A stretch of DNA of 62,121 bases, counting the filler, from Stramenopiles sp. TOSAG23-3 (lineage: Eukaryota): the NCBI GenBank assembly GCA_900128585.1. It is 26 parts of 26 records of this genome, joined end to end, with 100 filler letters (N's around TTAATTAATTAA, not from the genome) between each part and the next. Parts side by side here need not be neighbours in the genome. Positions count along the whole stretch, not along the records: positions 9,609 to 11,906 come from LT644898.1; positions 12,007 to 14,304 come from LT644899.1; positions 14,405 to 16,701 come from LT644900.1; positions 16,802 to 19,098 come from LT644901.1; positions 19,199 to 21,494 come from LT644902.1; positions 21,595 to 23,889 come from LT644903.1; 20 more parts are not named here. One strand, written 5' to 3'. This document shows positions 10,255-22,324 of this stretch, piece by piece. The notes under the pieces were generated by a model. It made no database searches. It saw only the letters and a program-made list of their open reading frames with translations, and was not told the DNA's origin. The position numbers and the translations under genes were made by a program. The stretch's first letter is position 1; every line of letters begins with the position of its first letter.

Positions 10255-11904
10255 TCAAAACGTTCCACGCTTGGCCTTTCTCGACCCCGCACCACCGGTC
10301 GCGGCGCCGCCGGTGAAGGCGTCCCCGGTCTCCTCTACTGGTTGGGCGGCCCCGGTCGGCTCCTCCTCCACGCCCTCGCGCGGTCCCATTCCCCGGCCCC
10401 CTGTGGGGCCCTTCTCTGGCTCCTGCTTCAGGCCGCCGTCCGCGGGACCCTTGTCCGCCGCCCCGGTCCCGCCGGTCGGGAGCACTGGTCTGCTCCCGCC
10501 CGTCATGGCGTCCGCGGTGGCAACGCCGGTGGCGCCCGTCCCGAGGGAAATGTTCTTCATAAAGTCTAATCGGTTCTGTTTGGATTTCGCGACGATCGCC
10601 CGGATCCGGTCCACCTCGTCCCGGTCGTCCGCCTTCGTGACCTTCACGGGGGCGGCAACCTTGACGGGCCGGACCTTCTCCGCGCTCTTTCGCAGGATGG
10701 TCGCGAAGGAGTCCGAGGAACTCTCGACGTGGATGGCCTTTGACACGTTGAAGTCCCCACCGTGCGCCTCGCTCCGTTTCACTATCTTGATCTTGCCGTC
10801 CGGGTACGTGACCGGGACGAGGCCGGGCCGAAGGCTCAGCGTTCGGAACCGGCGGTCCTTCGTCAGCGTCGCGCAGCAGTACGCCCCGGCCTTTGCCAGC
10901 CAGTTCGCGTACTTGACCGTGTCCCCCGCCACGACGACGTTGAACCCGGCCGCGGCCCCGTAGGGGGCCTTGCTGTTCTTCAGCGGCACCGTCGACGTGA
11001 ACCCGAAGTCCTCGTTCCGGTACCCCCCCGACACCGCCTTCTCGACCTCCTCGACCGAGCACACGTGCACGTCCCGCGTCTCCGCCTGGCACGCCGCGCT
11101 GGTCTCCGCAAAGCTGCGGCTCCCGGGGACGAACCATATCGGGTGCTGGGTCGGGATCTGGTACTTGGTCTCGACCCCCATCGCGGCGATGATCCCCAGG
11201 TCCGTGCTCCCCAGCGGGGTCGAGTACCGGACGTTCGGGTTCCCGCCCCGGATCCCCTCCCGCTCCTTCTCGAACTCGGGCTGCTTCATGAACCGGCGGG
11301 GCAACGGGCCCTCCCCGGTCAGGAACGACTGGCGCTTGGCCGCCAAAAAGGCGTCCAGCCGGAGCTTGGCCTCCTTCGCGCCCTCCTGGGCGTCCTCGTG
11401 CGCGACGGCGGTCTCGTTCGCCCGCCGGGCGAGCTCCGTCGCCTTGGTGCACCGGCGGTTCGCCTCCGTCCGGCTCGCGTTCTGCTCGACCTGCAGCCGG
11501 CTCGCCTTGGCGGCGTCCTCCACGGACGGGCTCGCGCCCGACATCTCCTTGACGGCGGCCTCCATCGCGCTCTCCTTTGCGTCGGCCTCCCGCTCCGCGT
11601 ACTTGCACGCGGTCCCGGCCTCCACCGCAGCGGTCTCGGCCTGGGCGTGCGCCGCCTTCTTCGCGGGCACCGCCGTCAGCGCCTTGACGAGCGCCGTCTT
11701 CAACGCCGCCGTCTCCGGGGCGTCCCGTGGGTTCCGCACGGCCACCTTGGGCAGCTCGACGACCTTGCCCTCCCCGGCGTCCGGGTCTTCTAGCCCCTTC
11801 ACGGTCGACTCCATCCCCGACGCGCGCACGAGCGCGGCGCCCTCCACCACACGGGCCTTGGACTCCTCTACGTACGCCCGGGCGACCGCCACGCGGTCCA
11901 CCAT
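10255..11904 (-). CDS. Ala-rich coiled-coil protein with Link/C-type-lectin-like module, 5'-partial
   Basis: Long ORF with very high GC3. RSFAETSAACQA...VCSVEEVEKAVSGGY...AGAYCC resembles a Link-like module. Gly/Thr-rich tail. Confidence 0.6.
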   Translation of the reverse strand: MVDRVAVARAYVEESKARVVEGAALVRASGMESTVKGLEDPDAGEGKVVELPKVAVRNPRDAPETAALKTALVKALTAVPAKKAAHAQAETAAVEAGTACKYAEREADAKESAMEAAVKEMSGASPSVEDAAKASRLQVEQNASRTEANRRCTKATELARRANETAVAHEDAQEGAKEAKLRLDAFLAAKRQSFLTGEGPLPRRFMKQPEFEKEREGIRGGNPNVRYSTPLGSTDLGIIAAMGVETKYQIPTQHPIWFVPGSRSFAETSAACQAETRDVHVCSVEEVEKAVSGGYRNEDFGFTSTVPLKNSKAPYGAAAGFNVVVAGDTVKYANWLAKAGAYCCATLTKDRRFRTLSLRPGLVPVTYPDGKIKIVKRSEAHGGDFNVSKAIHVESSSDSFATILRKSAEKVRPVKVAAPVKVTKADDRDEVDRIRAIVAKSKQNRLDFMKNISLGTGATGVATADAMTGGSRPVLPTGGTGAADKGPADGGLKQEPEKGPTGGRGMGPREGVEEEPTGAAQPVEETGDAFTGGAATGGAGSRKAKRGTF

Positions 11905-12188
11905 CGNNNNNNNNNNNNNNNNNNNNNNNNNNNNNNNNNNNNNNNNNNNNTTAATTAATTAANNNNNNNNNNNNNNNNNNNNNNNNNNNNNNNNNNNNNN
12001 NNNNNNCCAATGGGTGGGTAGGTAGTCGTCTATAATATATAATTCCAAATTCTTCAGGTGTTAAAAAAGAGAGGAGTTGCATATTGTAATTAGGCATGAC
12101 ACAGCAGTATAAGTCCTTTGGTTTATCCGTTTTTAGTAAAAAAGAAAATGCAAAAATAAAATTAATACTACTGTAATAATAATAGAGT

Positions 12189-12314
12189 TGTAGAGAGAAA
12201 TAATTCTCTGTCTTTTTCCTGTATTAATAAATGGCAACAAAAAAGGTGACGACGAGCTGTAGCTGTACGGTAGCTGTAGCTGTAGAGAGATATAATTCTC
12301 TGTCTTTTTCCTGT
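12189..12314. repeat. Intergenic direct repeat (~34 bp x2)
   Basis: tgtagagaga(a/ta)taattctctgtctttttcctgt at ~12189 and ~12281. Confidence 0.8.
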
Positions 12315-12959
12315 GTTGTAGTACAATGTACATAAATACTGCACCGGGTCGGGTACAGAAGAAAAACCAACAAAAGCAGTCGATTGCGCTGACCTTCGGG
12401 TGTACTCGGTTTTTCTTTTATTAAGGTACATTATTTTTCCATTTCATATCACCTCCTTATTGTTAGTAAGTATATGATTTAAACAATAGCTGAAAAGCGA
12501 CACAATATTATTATTATTTTATAAAATATCCTTAATTAATGAATCATGTGATACACTATGAATGGTTTGCTAGGAGATTGTTACGAATGCTGTAATTATA
12601 CTTCGCCATAACGCCCGGGTGAGATATTACTGAGTCCTACTAGACCGTATTCTTTTCTCCTGGTGCCTATATGTGATTTCTTATTATTTTCTGCGCACAA
12701 AAAACACAACAACAAAAAAAAAACAACAACAACAAAAAAACACAAAACAACAAAAACGCCGCCGTCCGCCGCGCCGCCGTTTTTCTAAATCACAGTCCCA
12801 CTACCGGTACCATACGCATATACAGACTAAAATCATGTGCTTTAAACACAGAGAAGTGCACTCATTGTTAAATTCCATTGTTTGCTCCACCAACGACAAT
12901 TTGTAAATATTTGTATTTGGTACGGTAAAACGTTTACGGCAATTTGAAGGTGGGGCGTC

Positions 12960-14304
12960 ATGTCGACCAACGGTCGAGATAGAAAGGAACTTGGCATCCC
13001 AAAAGATGGCGCCACGTACACCGACGTCCACAAGGCTGTCATGAAAAATAATGTAAAGAAGTTAAAGATGTACTTAGACAGAGGGCCTGGTCCGTGGGGC
13101 CATGTCGACTCCCAGGACTGGTGGGGTCGGACGTCCCTTCACCGTGCTGTGGAAAAAAATTATATCAGTTGCGTCAAAGAGATCCTAATTCAAGGTGGTA
13201 ATGTAAATTTGAGGGAAAAGTGGTGGTCGAGAACACCACTCCATATTGCCTGTGAAAAGGGTCACGCTGAATGTGTCCAGCATCTAATTGCGTATGGCGC
13301 TGACGTAAATATGTGGGCAAAAGAAGGATGGACTCCACTAATCCTTGCCGTGTATAACGGCCAGATTGACTGCGTCAAATTACTTTTGAAAGCGAAAGCG
13401 AATTTGTTCTTAAGGACAAGCAACGATTACCAAGCATTACACTACGCGTCCAAACAAAACTACGACGAAATTGCTCAACTTTTGATAGCCCACGGAGCCA
13501 ACCCGAGCTCGAGGGTGGTAGACAAAGGTCCAACGCCGTTGCACGTCGCTGCTGAGGCAAACGCTGGGGGTGTTGTCAGTGTGCTGCTAGGCAATGGTGC
13601 AGATACAAATGCGCGAGATCTAAAAGGGATGGCCCCCCTCCACAATGCAGTCCAAGGCGGTTGTTTACAAGCCACCCATGCGTTAATCAGTCACTATACC
13701 TGCGATTTACACATAAAGAACAACGAAGATCAAGACCCCCTAGACGTTTGCATACAAAAATTTAGGAACTCCTCTTCCACCAAAGCTATGCAGCAGACAT
13801 TAGCGTACGTGCGCAAAGCATATAGCGACGAGGTTGCAAAAACAAAACCGCAAATAGACACCAAGGCCGATTACAGCTTTCTGGAATCCGACAGTCCAAA
13901 TGCGGGTACGGACATGGCCGACGTAAAATCGAATGCGTCCGCCACGGAACAGTTAACACAGTTTCAATCTCAATTGAAAACCCTTGCCACCAAAATGAGG
14001 GACTTGGTCGCTGTCGAAACTCGGCGACGGAAGGTTACTGAGGCAAAGCAGAAAAGTAAAAGTGCGCTAATAATAGAAGACGCGATGAGGGTTACCTTAG
14101 ATGCGTACCGAGCATGCAATGCAGCAAATCGAGCCGCCGAAGCTGCGATGCTGACAGCTCTGGCAACAGACGCGGGCGATTACGACGAGGAGGAATTCGA
14201 AGCCCTTCGTAAAGATCTTGGAGAGAAGAAGCGTGAAAGATGGGAAAATGAGTGGAAAGCAGACGAAACCTTGTATTACGAGGCCCTTGCATTGTATATT
14301 GAAA
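12960..14304 (+). CDS. Ankyrin-repeat protein, 3'-partial
   Basis: Repeated GRTSLHRA, RTPLHIA, GWTPLILA, PTPLHVA and GMAPLHNA motifs, followed by a coiled coil. Confidence 0.92.
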
Positions 14305-14404
14305 NNNNNNNNNNNNNNNNNNNNNNNNNNNNNNNNNNNNNNNNNNNNTTAATTAATTAANNNNNNNNNNNNNNNNNNNNNNNNNNNNNNNNNNNNNNNN
14401 NNNN

Positions 14405-15333
14405 AAGGAATCCATCCCCCCGTCTGCCGTAAGCTCCTCAAGGTTCTTCGTCATGGACTCCAGGTTCATTTTGAGCTTCCGTATCATGTTTTCGGACAGC
14501 GGCTTGTCCGTATCCAAGGAGTCCATTTGCTCTTGTGATAGTATGTCCATTGCGAGAAGGTCTTTCTTCCACTCTTCCATGATGTTTTCCATGTGCTTTT
14601 TGTACGTGGTGTCATCTAGTTCCAGCTGCTCTAGCATTTGGAGGGCAGTCTTGCGCTTCGGCCGGGGGCCAGCCGCATCCAGCTCGTCCATGACCTCCTT
14701 GAGGACCATCCCAAACTTGTTCATCGGGAAGCCCATGACATTGTAGAAGCAGCCTTCGATTCCCTTGACAAAGGCCCCACCCATGCCCTGGATGCCATAT
14801 CCACCTGCCTTGTCCATAGGCTCTTCCGTCTCGACGTAGGCGTCGATTAGTTCATCCGACAATTCGCTGAACTCTACCGTTGTCCCCTCGACGAAGGACC
14901 GCCCCGTCCGCTCGTTGTCGTGCCCAAGGTACCGCAGAGAAACGGCGCTGTACACGACGTGCTTCTTCCCGCTCAGCTGGCGCAGCATGCTGCGGGCTTC
15001 AGCCTTCGTCTTTGGCTTTTCAAATATGATATCATTAAGAACAACGATGCTATCTGCAGATACGATTAGGTCCAGCTCGCCAGCGACGTACAGGTCGGCC
15101 TCCAGTCGAAGGGCTTTCCCCATGGCCGTCGCTAGGCAGTAGTCCTTTGCGGACGGGTAGGCCGCCTTGTCCAAATTTTCTTGGAAGTTCGAGGGTATGA
15201 TAAGAAAATTGTTGGGCCCAAGGCCTGGGGCCAACCCCATCACGTTGAATATTTCGAACCTTCGTTGTGACTTGGATGCAAGAATCACTTTGGAAAAGTG
15301 CCTTTTGATGCGTTCGATTTGGTCCAGATGCAT
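14405..15333 (-). CDS. Maf-family nucleoside triphosphate pyrophosphatase with C-terminal extension, 3'-partial
   Basis: VILASKSQRR, IVSADSIV, IFEKP, EPMDKAGGYGIQG and IEGCFYNVMGFP. Confidence 0.93.
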
Positions 15334-16802
15334 AGTGGGCCGGATATGGCCGTATTATTAGTCGTCTCTTCGCACAGTCAGTCTGTCTGGCAGAACGTCA
15401 GTCACCCACCTCCAACGCGACGTGTATATATGGCAACCAACAGGCAAAAATAATAAAGAGACACAGGTGTATTTTTGCCAAATAAACAAATAATATATGG
15501 AAAAAATAAAAAATCGTTGCAAAGCAAAACTTCTTTTAACATGCATGTTATACATACCGGCATTATACATATTCTACACCACTCTGTAAAAAAAGAAAAT
15601 TGTTTTTTTAATACCACCTGGTTTTATTTAAAAAAAAATAATATTATAATAAAATAAAATAAAATTATTAAAGAGCAGAGCAACAACAACATCAGCAGAA
15701 GAAAAAAAAACAACAACAACAAAAACCTGTGGGGGGGTGTGGATGAAAAAAAATTGGGAATTCATCATCATCATCAACAAATAAAAAAATAATAATAATA
15801 TCACAAAATTACAGTATAAATAATGTACATTATATAGGTTAATATATTTTATAATACAAAATATCATAATAATACTTCTTGGGTTCTTGGGCCAGCACCG
15901 TACCATAGTCTTGAAGTATGATGGACGGACAAAAGAAAGGATTTGTTTTCAAAAGGAATAACCCTCTTTAAAACACTAATATCTAATACATATCATAAAA
16001 ACAGCATTTATTATTATGTATTCATAGGCAATAAAAACCAATTAGAATATGATAATAATACAAATGCATTATAACATGTTTTAGAACCAACCAAATCCAA
16101 CATTTTGTACAAGATATGGAATATATATTACATTGCCATAGCATTCACAAGTTCACAAGCTAAGAATCCAGAAGTGAGGGATTTGATTGATCGGATTATT
16201 TTTCTACTGATACTACAGTACCAAGGTATAAAAAATATTTTTCTTGTTGCCTTTGTTTTGTTCCTGTATACGTATTTTTAAATTTTTTCTCTATAGCTTT
16301 TTATACAGAAATAAGGCATTAGAATCACGTATTCCTATTTATTATTTTAATTCCTTCTCTATAGCTCTATCTTTCTTTCTTTTTTTTCTTCCCTCATCCT
16401 TCCTTCCTACCTTCCTTCCTTCTTTCTTTTTTTCCTTCCTTCTTTCTTTTTTTCCTTCCTTCCTTCCTTCCCCTGCTCCTATTTAATGTAGCAGAGGGTA
16501 GGAAGGGAAGAATACAGCTTCGCGCTCTTGTTGCTTTATTACTAATAGATAGCAAAACTGAGCTGTGAGCTGTGTGCGCTATTTTAATCCTACTAATACT
16601 ACAACTATTAACAATAAATCTATTAATTAGCTTTCTTCCGATAAAAATGCCCAATAATAAATAAAAAAATAATTCCGATAAATAAAAAAATAACACTATT
16701 ANNNNNNNNNNNNNNNNNNNNNNNNNNNNNNNNNNNNNNNNNNNNTTAATTAATTAANNNNNNNNNNNNNNNNNNNNNNNNNNNNNNNNNNNNNNNNNNN
16801 NC

Positions 16803-19098
16803 GCCGGCATGATCATGGGCCTGTACTTTTCGTTCAATTACATGAAGGGGAAAGTGATCCGGTTGTACAGAGCGGTAAAGCAGATTGTGGCAGACAAGTG
16901 TGGGCTGACGTGCAAGAAAGGGGTGGTGGAAGACTCGTTCGCAATGGTAGGCGCCATTCTGGAGATCATTGTGATGAGCGGCCTCGGGGAAGTGGTTCAA
17001 TTTAAGGTGGACAAGAGTGCAAAGTCCATTTTTAAGCGGTTTGGGATAGGGTGGCACGACACATTTAAAGTCGACATTCAGACGTTAGGGAATGCGGCCA
17101 AACGTGCGAAGGAGGGAAAGGGCCTTGCGGCAAAGCTTGGGTTTAAGTCGAGCGCCGGGGATGTGGTTCCCGGCGGGGCGGTGAAAAATGCCGATGACGT
17201 AGCAAAGAGCGCGGACGACGTAGTAAAGAACGCGGACGACGTAGTAAAGAACGCGGACGACGTAGTAAAGAACCGGACGACGTAGCAAAGAACACGGACG
17301 ACGTAGCAAAGAGCGCGGACGACGTAGTAAAGAACACGGACGACGCGGCAAAGAACGCGGACGACGCGGCAAAGAACACGGACGACCTAGCAAAGAACAC
17401 GGACGACCTAGCAAAGAACGCGAAACGTAAAATAAGTGCAAAACGTGCGGAACTTTTGAAGTTGGAGGAGAAGATCATAAGTTTAAAATCCGAAATAGCC
17501 AAAGGGACGGAGGGGGTCACGCAATTGAAAGAAGAGATTACTAGTTTGAGTACGAAAGCATCGGACCTTTCGACGGAAATAAAAAAATTGGAAAACAATC
17601 TAAGCAGTTTAAAGGAAGATCAGGCAGTAAGAGATCGTCATAGTTCGAAAAACGAGTTAGAGAAGTTAGAAAGCGAAAAGAGTCTGGAAACTATTAAAGG
17701 AAAGGCAATGGAAGACCTTCCATTGGAAGCACTGGAGAAGAGAATTGCGCTTGTTGAGAAACGATTGAACACGTTAGACGCCGCGGGGAAGGGCAAGTCT
17801 CAAGAATACGATAGTTTATGGAAAGAATACGAAGATTTGGACAATCTTGTCACAAACAAACAAAAGAGTATTGCCGTTAAAAAACGTAACGATGACAAGG
17901 TAGGCATTCTGAGAGAGAAAATTATTAAGAAAGAGCAGGAATTGAAAACATTAGGCGCCAACGACAGGACTACACATGCAAAGAGGAAGCAGGTCAAGAA
18001 GGATATCAGTGCGTTAAAAAGAGAAATGGGGCACCTAGCAAAGAACGCGGAGGACGTTGCGGAGGCGAGAAAGGTTGCGGACGACGTACCAACGAAGATG
18101 AGAGAAGACTCAATTAAACAAAAGCGTATGCACGAAATAAGGACAAAAAAGAAAGAAATTAACAAGTTGGAAGACTCAATTAAACAAAAGCGTAAGCACG
18201 AAAAAAGGACAAAAACGAAAGAAATTAACAAGTTGGAAGGCGATAATTTGGAAAAAACAAAGTTACAGAAAGAAAAAGAACTGCTAGAAACGCTCTCAAA
18301 TGACGAGAAGCAGATAAAAAATGTTCAGAATGTTGAAGAGGGAAAAGCGAAAGAGAAAATAGAGTATGGAAAAAAACAGCAAAAAGTAACCAAAACCATT
18401 AAGAAAAAAACAGACGAGCTCCTCAGAACGGAAAACGAAATAGTCACGAAGAAAGGAATAAAGGCCAGGATGGAAAAAATGCTTGATGAATTTAAGATAT
18501 TACTGGAGAAAACAAAACGACAGCACAGTGACACGCACAATCAAATTCGAAAATGGTTTACGTCGTGGCAACTCTCCAAAGCTGGTCATTCTTACCTACT
18601 GGCCTATACCAATTTCACCGCCAACGACCGAGCGTGCTCAAAGCCCGAGACGTGCCCGGTGATAAGGCCTAACTATCTTACTATAGGGAAGGACGTGAAC
18701 GATGGCAACATATGCAACGTAATGACGCAAGGGTATTGTGACTACAACCCGGAAGCACTCCTCGAAGTTGGGAGTGGATCGACAGGAGCGAGGGCCGCAG
18801 GGAAGCTCGAAAACGCTTTGCTTCAAGTTGGTGCAGAATCGTCCGGGTCGTTTAAAGACGTGAAAGGCACGTGCAACGAGAAAAATGCGATGCGCGTGTT
18901 CCAAGGGATGGATCGCGACGTGAGCGGCGAGATCGAGTTTAAATGCTCAACGAACCCTAATTTATGCGATTGCCTGGTTTGGGTAGGGAACAAGAAGACC
19001 GTGGTGTTTACCGAAGGCAAAGAGAAGTTGGTCTTGAAAGGCGACGGCGAAGGGGTACAGTACGAGTACTGCCCACCCGAAGGGTGCCCAGCGTCCAG
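16803..19098 (+). CDS. Large coiled-coil/Cys-rich protein with a 1-nt frameshift at ~17274, partial at both ends
   Basis: ORFs 16809-17285 and 17456-19150 join if one base is restored in a 21-bp repeat unit (aagaaccggacgac versus aagaacgcggacgac). Confidence 0.7.
17184..17422 (+). repeat. Coding 21-bp minisatellite x11 (KNADDVV/KNTDDLA)
   Basis: aagaacgcggacgacgtagta-type units read directly. Confidence 0.95.
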
Positions 19099-19199
19099 NN
19101 NNNNNNNNNNNNNNNNNNNNNNNNNNNNNNNNNNNNNNNNNNTTAATTAATTAANNNNNNNNNNNNNNNNNNNNNNNNNNNNNNNNNNNNNNNNNNNNT

Positions 19200-19784
19200 G
19201 GGACGGACGGGCACTTGTGGGCGCTTGTGTTCCGGTCGAATGACGAGACTGGCGATGGCTGGAAGTGGACCGACTGCGGGATCCCCGGCGTCCCCCTTGC
19301 GATCATGAGACCGGTGCGAATTTCCACGGCTGGCGTGGGGATTCTCACGGTCGACGGGAAGCTGGCCGAGCGCACGTGGTCCGCCAAGCTGGAATTGTGG
19401 AAGTGGCGAACGAACGAGTTGCCGGAAGGGTCAGCCCTTGGCTCGCCCCCAGGGACAAAATATTGTTCCCCAGAGCCCATGTCACCGCTGAACTGCGTCC
19501 GGGCAGCAAAGAGCACCGGGCACCTGGACCTCGTTAACCCGAACAAGCAGGTTTTGAGGCAGCTGCAACAGAACTTGGAGCAAAAGGTTATTGAGATGGA
19601 GGGTGCAGTCAGCCCAGAGGGCAGGAGCTTCGTAGAAGGGGGCAACGCGGACCAATCGGGGAAACGAAAGAAAAAGAAGAAGAAAAACAGGGCAGGGAAG
19701 AAGGGTTCCGGAACCAGCAAGAAAAAGAAAGGGTCGACGCTCGCTCGAGACGCTCTGGCAAAGAGCGACGGGGGGATGACTTGA
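19200..19784 (+). CDS. C-terminal fragment, possibly beta-propeller lectin-like, with Lys-rich tail
   Basis: GTDGHLW...WKWTDCGIP and DGKLAERTW...WKW are Trp-rich blade-like motifs. Frame open from the contig start. Confidence 0.5.
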   Translation, partial: GTDGHLWALVFRSNDETGDGWKWTDCGIPGVPLAIMRPVRISTAGVGILTVDGKLAERTWSAKLELWKWRTNELPEGSALGSPPGTKYCSPEPMSPLNCVRAAKSTGHLDLVNPNKQVLRQLQQNLEQKVIEMEGAVSPEGRSFVEGGNADQSGKRKKKKKKNRAGKKGSGTSKKKKGSTLARDALAKSDGGMT

Positions 19785-19990
19785 GGAGGACGCAAACGCT
19801 GTTGTCGTTGAAGTGAAAACGAGATATTGGCGAGTGTTTTCTTTAAATTTTCTCGGAAGAGCAATTTTTGCAAAAAAGGGTTGTTATATCATTAAAAAAA
19901 ATATATACATAAAAAAAACAAGTGATATTTCGTACGTTTTACGACACTCCAAATAAGCGTTAATATAAAAAACAAAGTGTTGGTTAATTC

Positions 19991-20107
19991 AATTGGACAA
20001 ATGGAGCAGATTCAGTAAGGGTGCACAAGGAAGATGAATTTTAATTACTGAACACTAACAAGCCAATTTTCTTGTTTTTACTTAAATAACAGCCACTTTT
20101 CTTGTTT
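19991..20107 (+). mobile_element. MITE-like dispersed element, copy B (core end + two inverted terminal motifs)
   Basis: aattggacaaatggagcagattc...aggaagat matches 4656-4702. It is followed by reverse-complement terminal motifs at ~20055-20079 and 20081-20107. Confidence 0.6.
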
Positions 20108-20128
20108 TTAATTATCATAAAACTAAAA

Positions 20129-21244
20129 TTACCTATCTTCTATGGGCCCACTTCCACCGATGGGCCCACTTCCACCAATGGGCCCGCTCTCTCCAATTGG
20201 GCCACTTCCAGAGGAAGGGCTGCTCGCTTCAACGACGGCTTCCTGGGTCGGTATTTCTCCGTCTTCTTCGGCATCCTCGTCAGTATCCTCTGCGGTATCC
20301 TCTGCGGTATCCTCGTCAGTATCCTCGTCGTCGCCACTACTATCCCCTTCTTCGCCCATGGGATTGTTGCCAAAGGGGCGTTCATCGGCTACATCATCGT
20401 CTGGCATCTGTTCGCTAGGAGCAAGCGCACGGTTGTCTTGCCACACTTCCTGCTGCAACGCCTTGATCTTCCGCAAAGCCGTGCGCTTTGCCGCACCCTC
20501 CAAGCCCTCTGCGTCCCGCTTCATTGCCCCCAACACCTTAGCTTTTGCTTTCACTTCCATTTTCATTGCCTTAATTTGCCCACTCGTCTGCGTCACTGCA
20601 CTACTGCCATAGCGTTTCTCCTGGACCTTTCCTCCAGGAGTCTTCCGTTCGACGGCGCGCTTGATCGCCGTCTTGTCTTGCTGAATCGCTTGCTGCATCG
20701 CTTTTATCTTCTTCAATGCCTTTTCCTTGGCTGGGCCCGACAACCGTTTGGCTTTCTCTTTGAGCGCCGCCACTGTCTTTCTTTTTGCCTTCACCACTTT
20801 TTCCAAGGTTTCGACCGCTTCAGTCGGGATGGAACCGATACTATTTGTTGGCGCCGCCTCCCGTCCCTCTTGCCCCACTATTTGCTCTACCTCTGTTTTC
20901 TGAAGCTTGGCCTTTTCCTGCTTCACTTCCCGCTTCATCGCTTCTATCTTCTCCAATGCCTTTTCCCTGGCTGGGCCCGACAAACCCTTCGCTTCTTCTT
21001 TCAGAGCCGCGATTGCATTGTCACTGTTTTGGCTGTCCCCGTCTATCGCCGTGTGTATTCGGCGCAAGGCACTCAAAGTATTGGATTGGCTCTCCCATAT
21101 AGTATCAATTTTGTCCCAAAGCTGGTTTGCCCGGGCCCGGGCCACGGACGATGATCTGGGACGTTGGCCCACGTCCACGGCATGAACAACCGTGGAGGCA
21201 ACGACGGCAAAAACGACCCCGCAGAGCCCAATAGCACGCAGCAT
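20129..21244 (-). CDS. Secreted coiled-coil repeat protein with acidic and GSGPI tail
   Basis: Signal peptide MLRAIGLCGVVFAVVASTVVHA from ATG 21244. Three A(L/M)K..A..L.G.A...AL.KI.A repeats. Confidence 0.8.
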   Translation of the reverse strand: MLRAIGLCGVVFAVVASTVVHAVDVGQRPRSSSVARARANQLWDKIDTIWESQSNTLSALRRIHTAIDGDSQNSDNAIAALKEEAKGLSGPAREKALEKIEAMKREVKQEKAKLQKTEVEQIVGQEGREAAPTNSIGSIPTEAVETLEKVVKAKRKTVAALKEKAKRLSGPAKEKALKKIKAMQQAIQQDKTAIKRAVERKTPGGKVQEKRYGSSAVTQTSGQIKAMKMEVKAKAKVLGAMKRDAEGLEGAAKRTALRKIKALQQEVWQDNRALAPSEQMPDDDVADERPFGNNPMGEEGDSSGDDEDTDEDTAEDTAEDTDEDAEEDGEIPTQEAVVEASSPSSGSGPIGESGPIGGSGPIGGSGPIEDR

Positions 21245-21594
21245 ACTAATATAAAATACGTATACACGACGATCGATCTTGTGTATTGTGAAGCTTCCAT
21301 TTCTTTCGCACAAGTACTTCCGTATTTCCCCAAACAACAAGATTGAACTATCAATTTAGTCTAAGAAGAAGCAATATCTGATTTGATTGATATGATTGAT
21401 GCTATTTATATATTATTATTATTTAAAGTTTGATCTTTTGATCTCTTAGCCCCCCCCCCTTCTTCTTCCTTCTTTCTTCTTTCTTCCTTCAAACNNNNNN
21501 NNNNNNNNNNNNNNNNNNNNNNNNNNNNNNNNNNNNNNTTAATTAATTAANNNNNNNNNNNNNNNNNNNNNNNNNNNNNNNNNNNNNNNNNNNN

Positions 21595-21661
<67 letters not shown>

Positions 21662-21662
21662 A
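21595..21662. repeat. (GAAA)n microsatellite at contig end
   Basis: Direct reading. Confidence 0.95.
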
Positions 21663-21883
21663 AAGAAAGAAAAAGAAGAGCAGAAAAATAATCTAAAAAA
21701 TAAAACTTTAGCTATTATATATATTAGACTATACATTCAGTAGCATAAAGAACGGACGGACTTTTAAAAAGAAGAAGGGAATGAATAGATAATTATAATA
21801 ATGTACACAGTACAGTAAAGAGTGTTTAATCAAGAAAAAAAAAGACGACGACGTATAATGTATAAAAGAGTACAAAACATTGA

Positions 21884-22040
21884 TCTTCTTTCATCTTTTT
21901 TTCTTCTTCTTCTTCTTCTTTCATCTCTTCTTCTTTCTTTCTTCTTCCTTTTCTTCTTCCTTCTTCTTTCTTCTTTCTTCTACTTCCTTTTCTTCTTCTT
22001 CTTCTACTTCCTTTTCTTCTTCTTTCTTTCTTCTACTTCC

Positions 22041-22071
<31 letters not shown>

Positions 22072-22097
22072 CTTCTTCTTCTTTCTTCTTCTTCTTT
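21884..22097. repeat. Pyrimidine-rich (TTC)n low-complexity tract
   Basis: Direct reading. Confidence 0.9.
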
Positions 22098-22324
22098 GTG
22101 TTGTTGCGCGGGATGATGATATGGATACAAAAGTATAACATAATATAGTTTATGTTTTCATTTTCGTATGTGAATTATGATGTTACTATGATTAATAATT
22201 TATGTAGGAATTGCCATACAATTCAACAAACGACGAATTAACGGGATTTAAGTGTTCTTTCTGCTATTTGTGTATCTTCTTCTTTCCATTCTTCATCTTT
22301 CCACTCCATCCCCTTTCGTACGGT

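Noticed and set aside
10250-11962. Long overlapping ORFs on both strands (452, 343, 330 aa)
   Set aside because: Shadow ORFs caused by high GC and stop-codon scarcity.
17184-17422. CRISPR-like array
   Set aside because: Head-to-tail 21-bp coding repeats with no unique spacers and no cas genes.
20102-21154. 350-aa hydrophobic + strand ORF
   Set aside because: Antisense shadow of the signal-peptide-bearing minus-strand gene.
21822-22148. Phe/Ser/Leu-rich or Lys/Glu/Arg-rich ORFs
   Set aside because: Translations of TTC/GAA microsatellite DNA.
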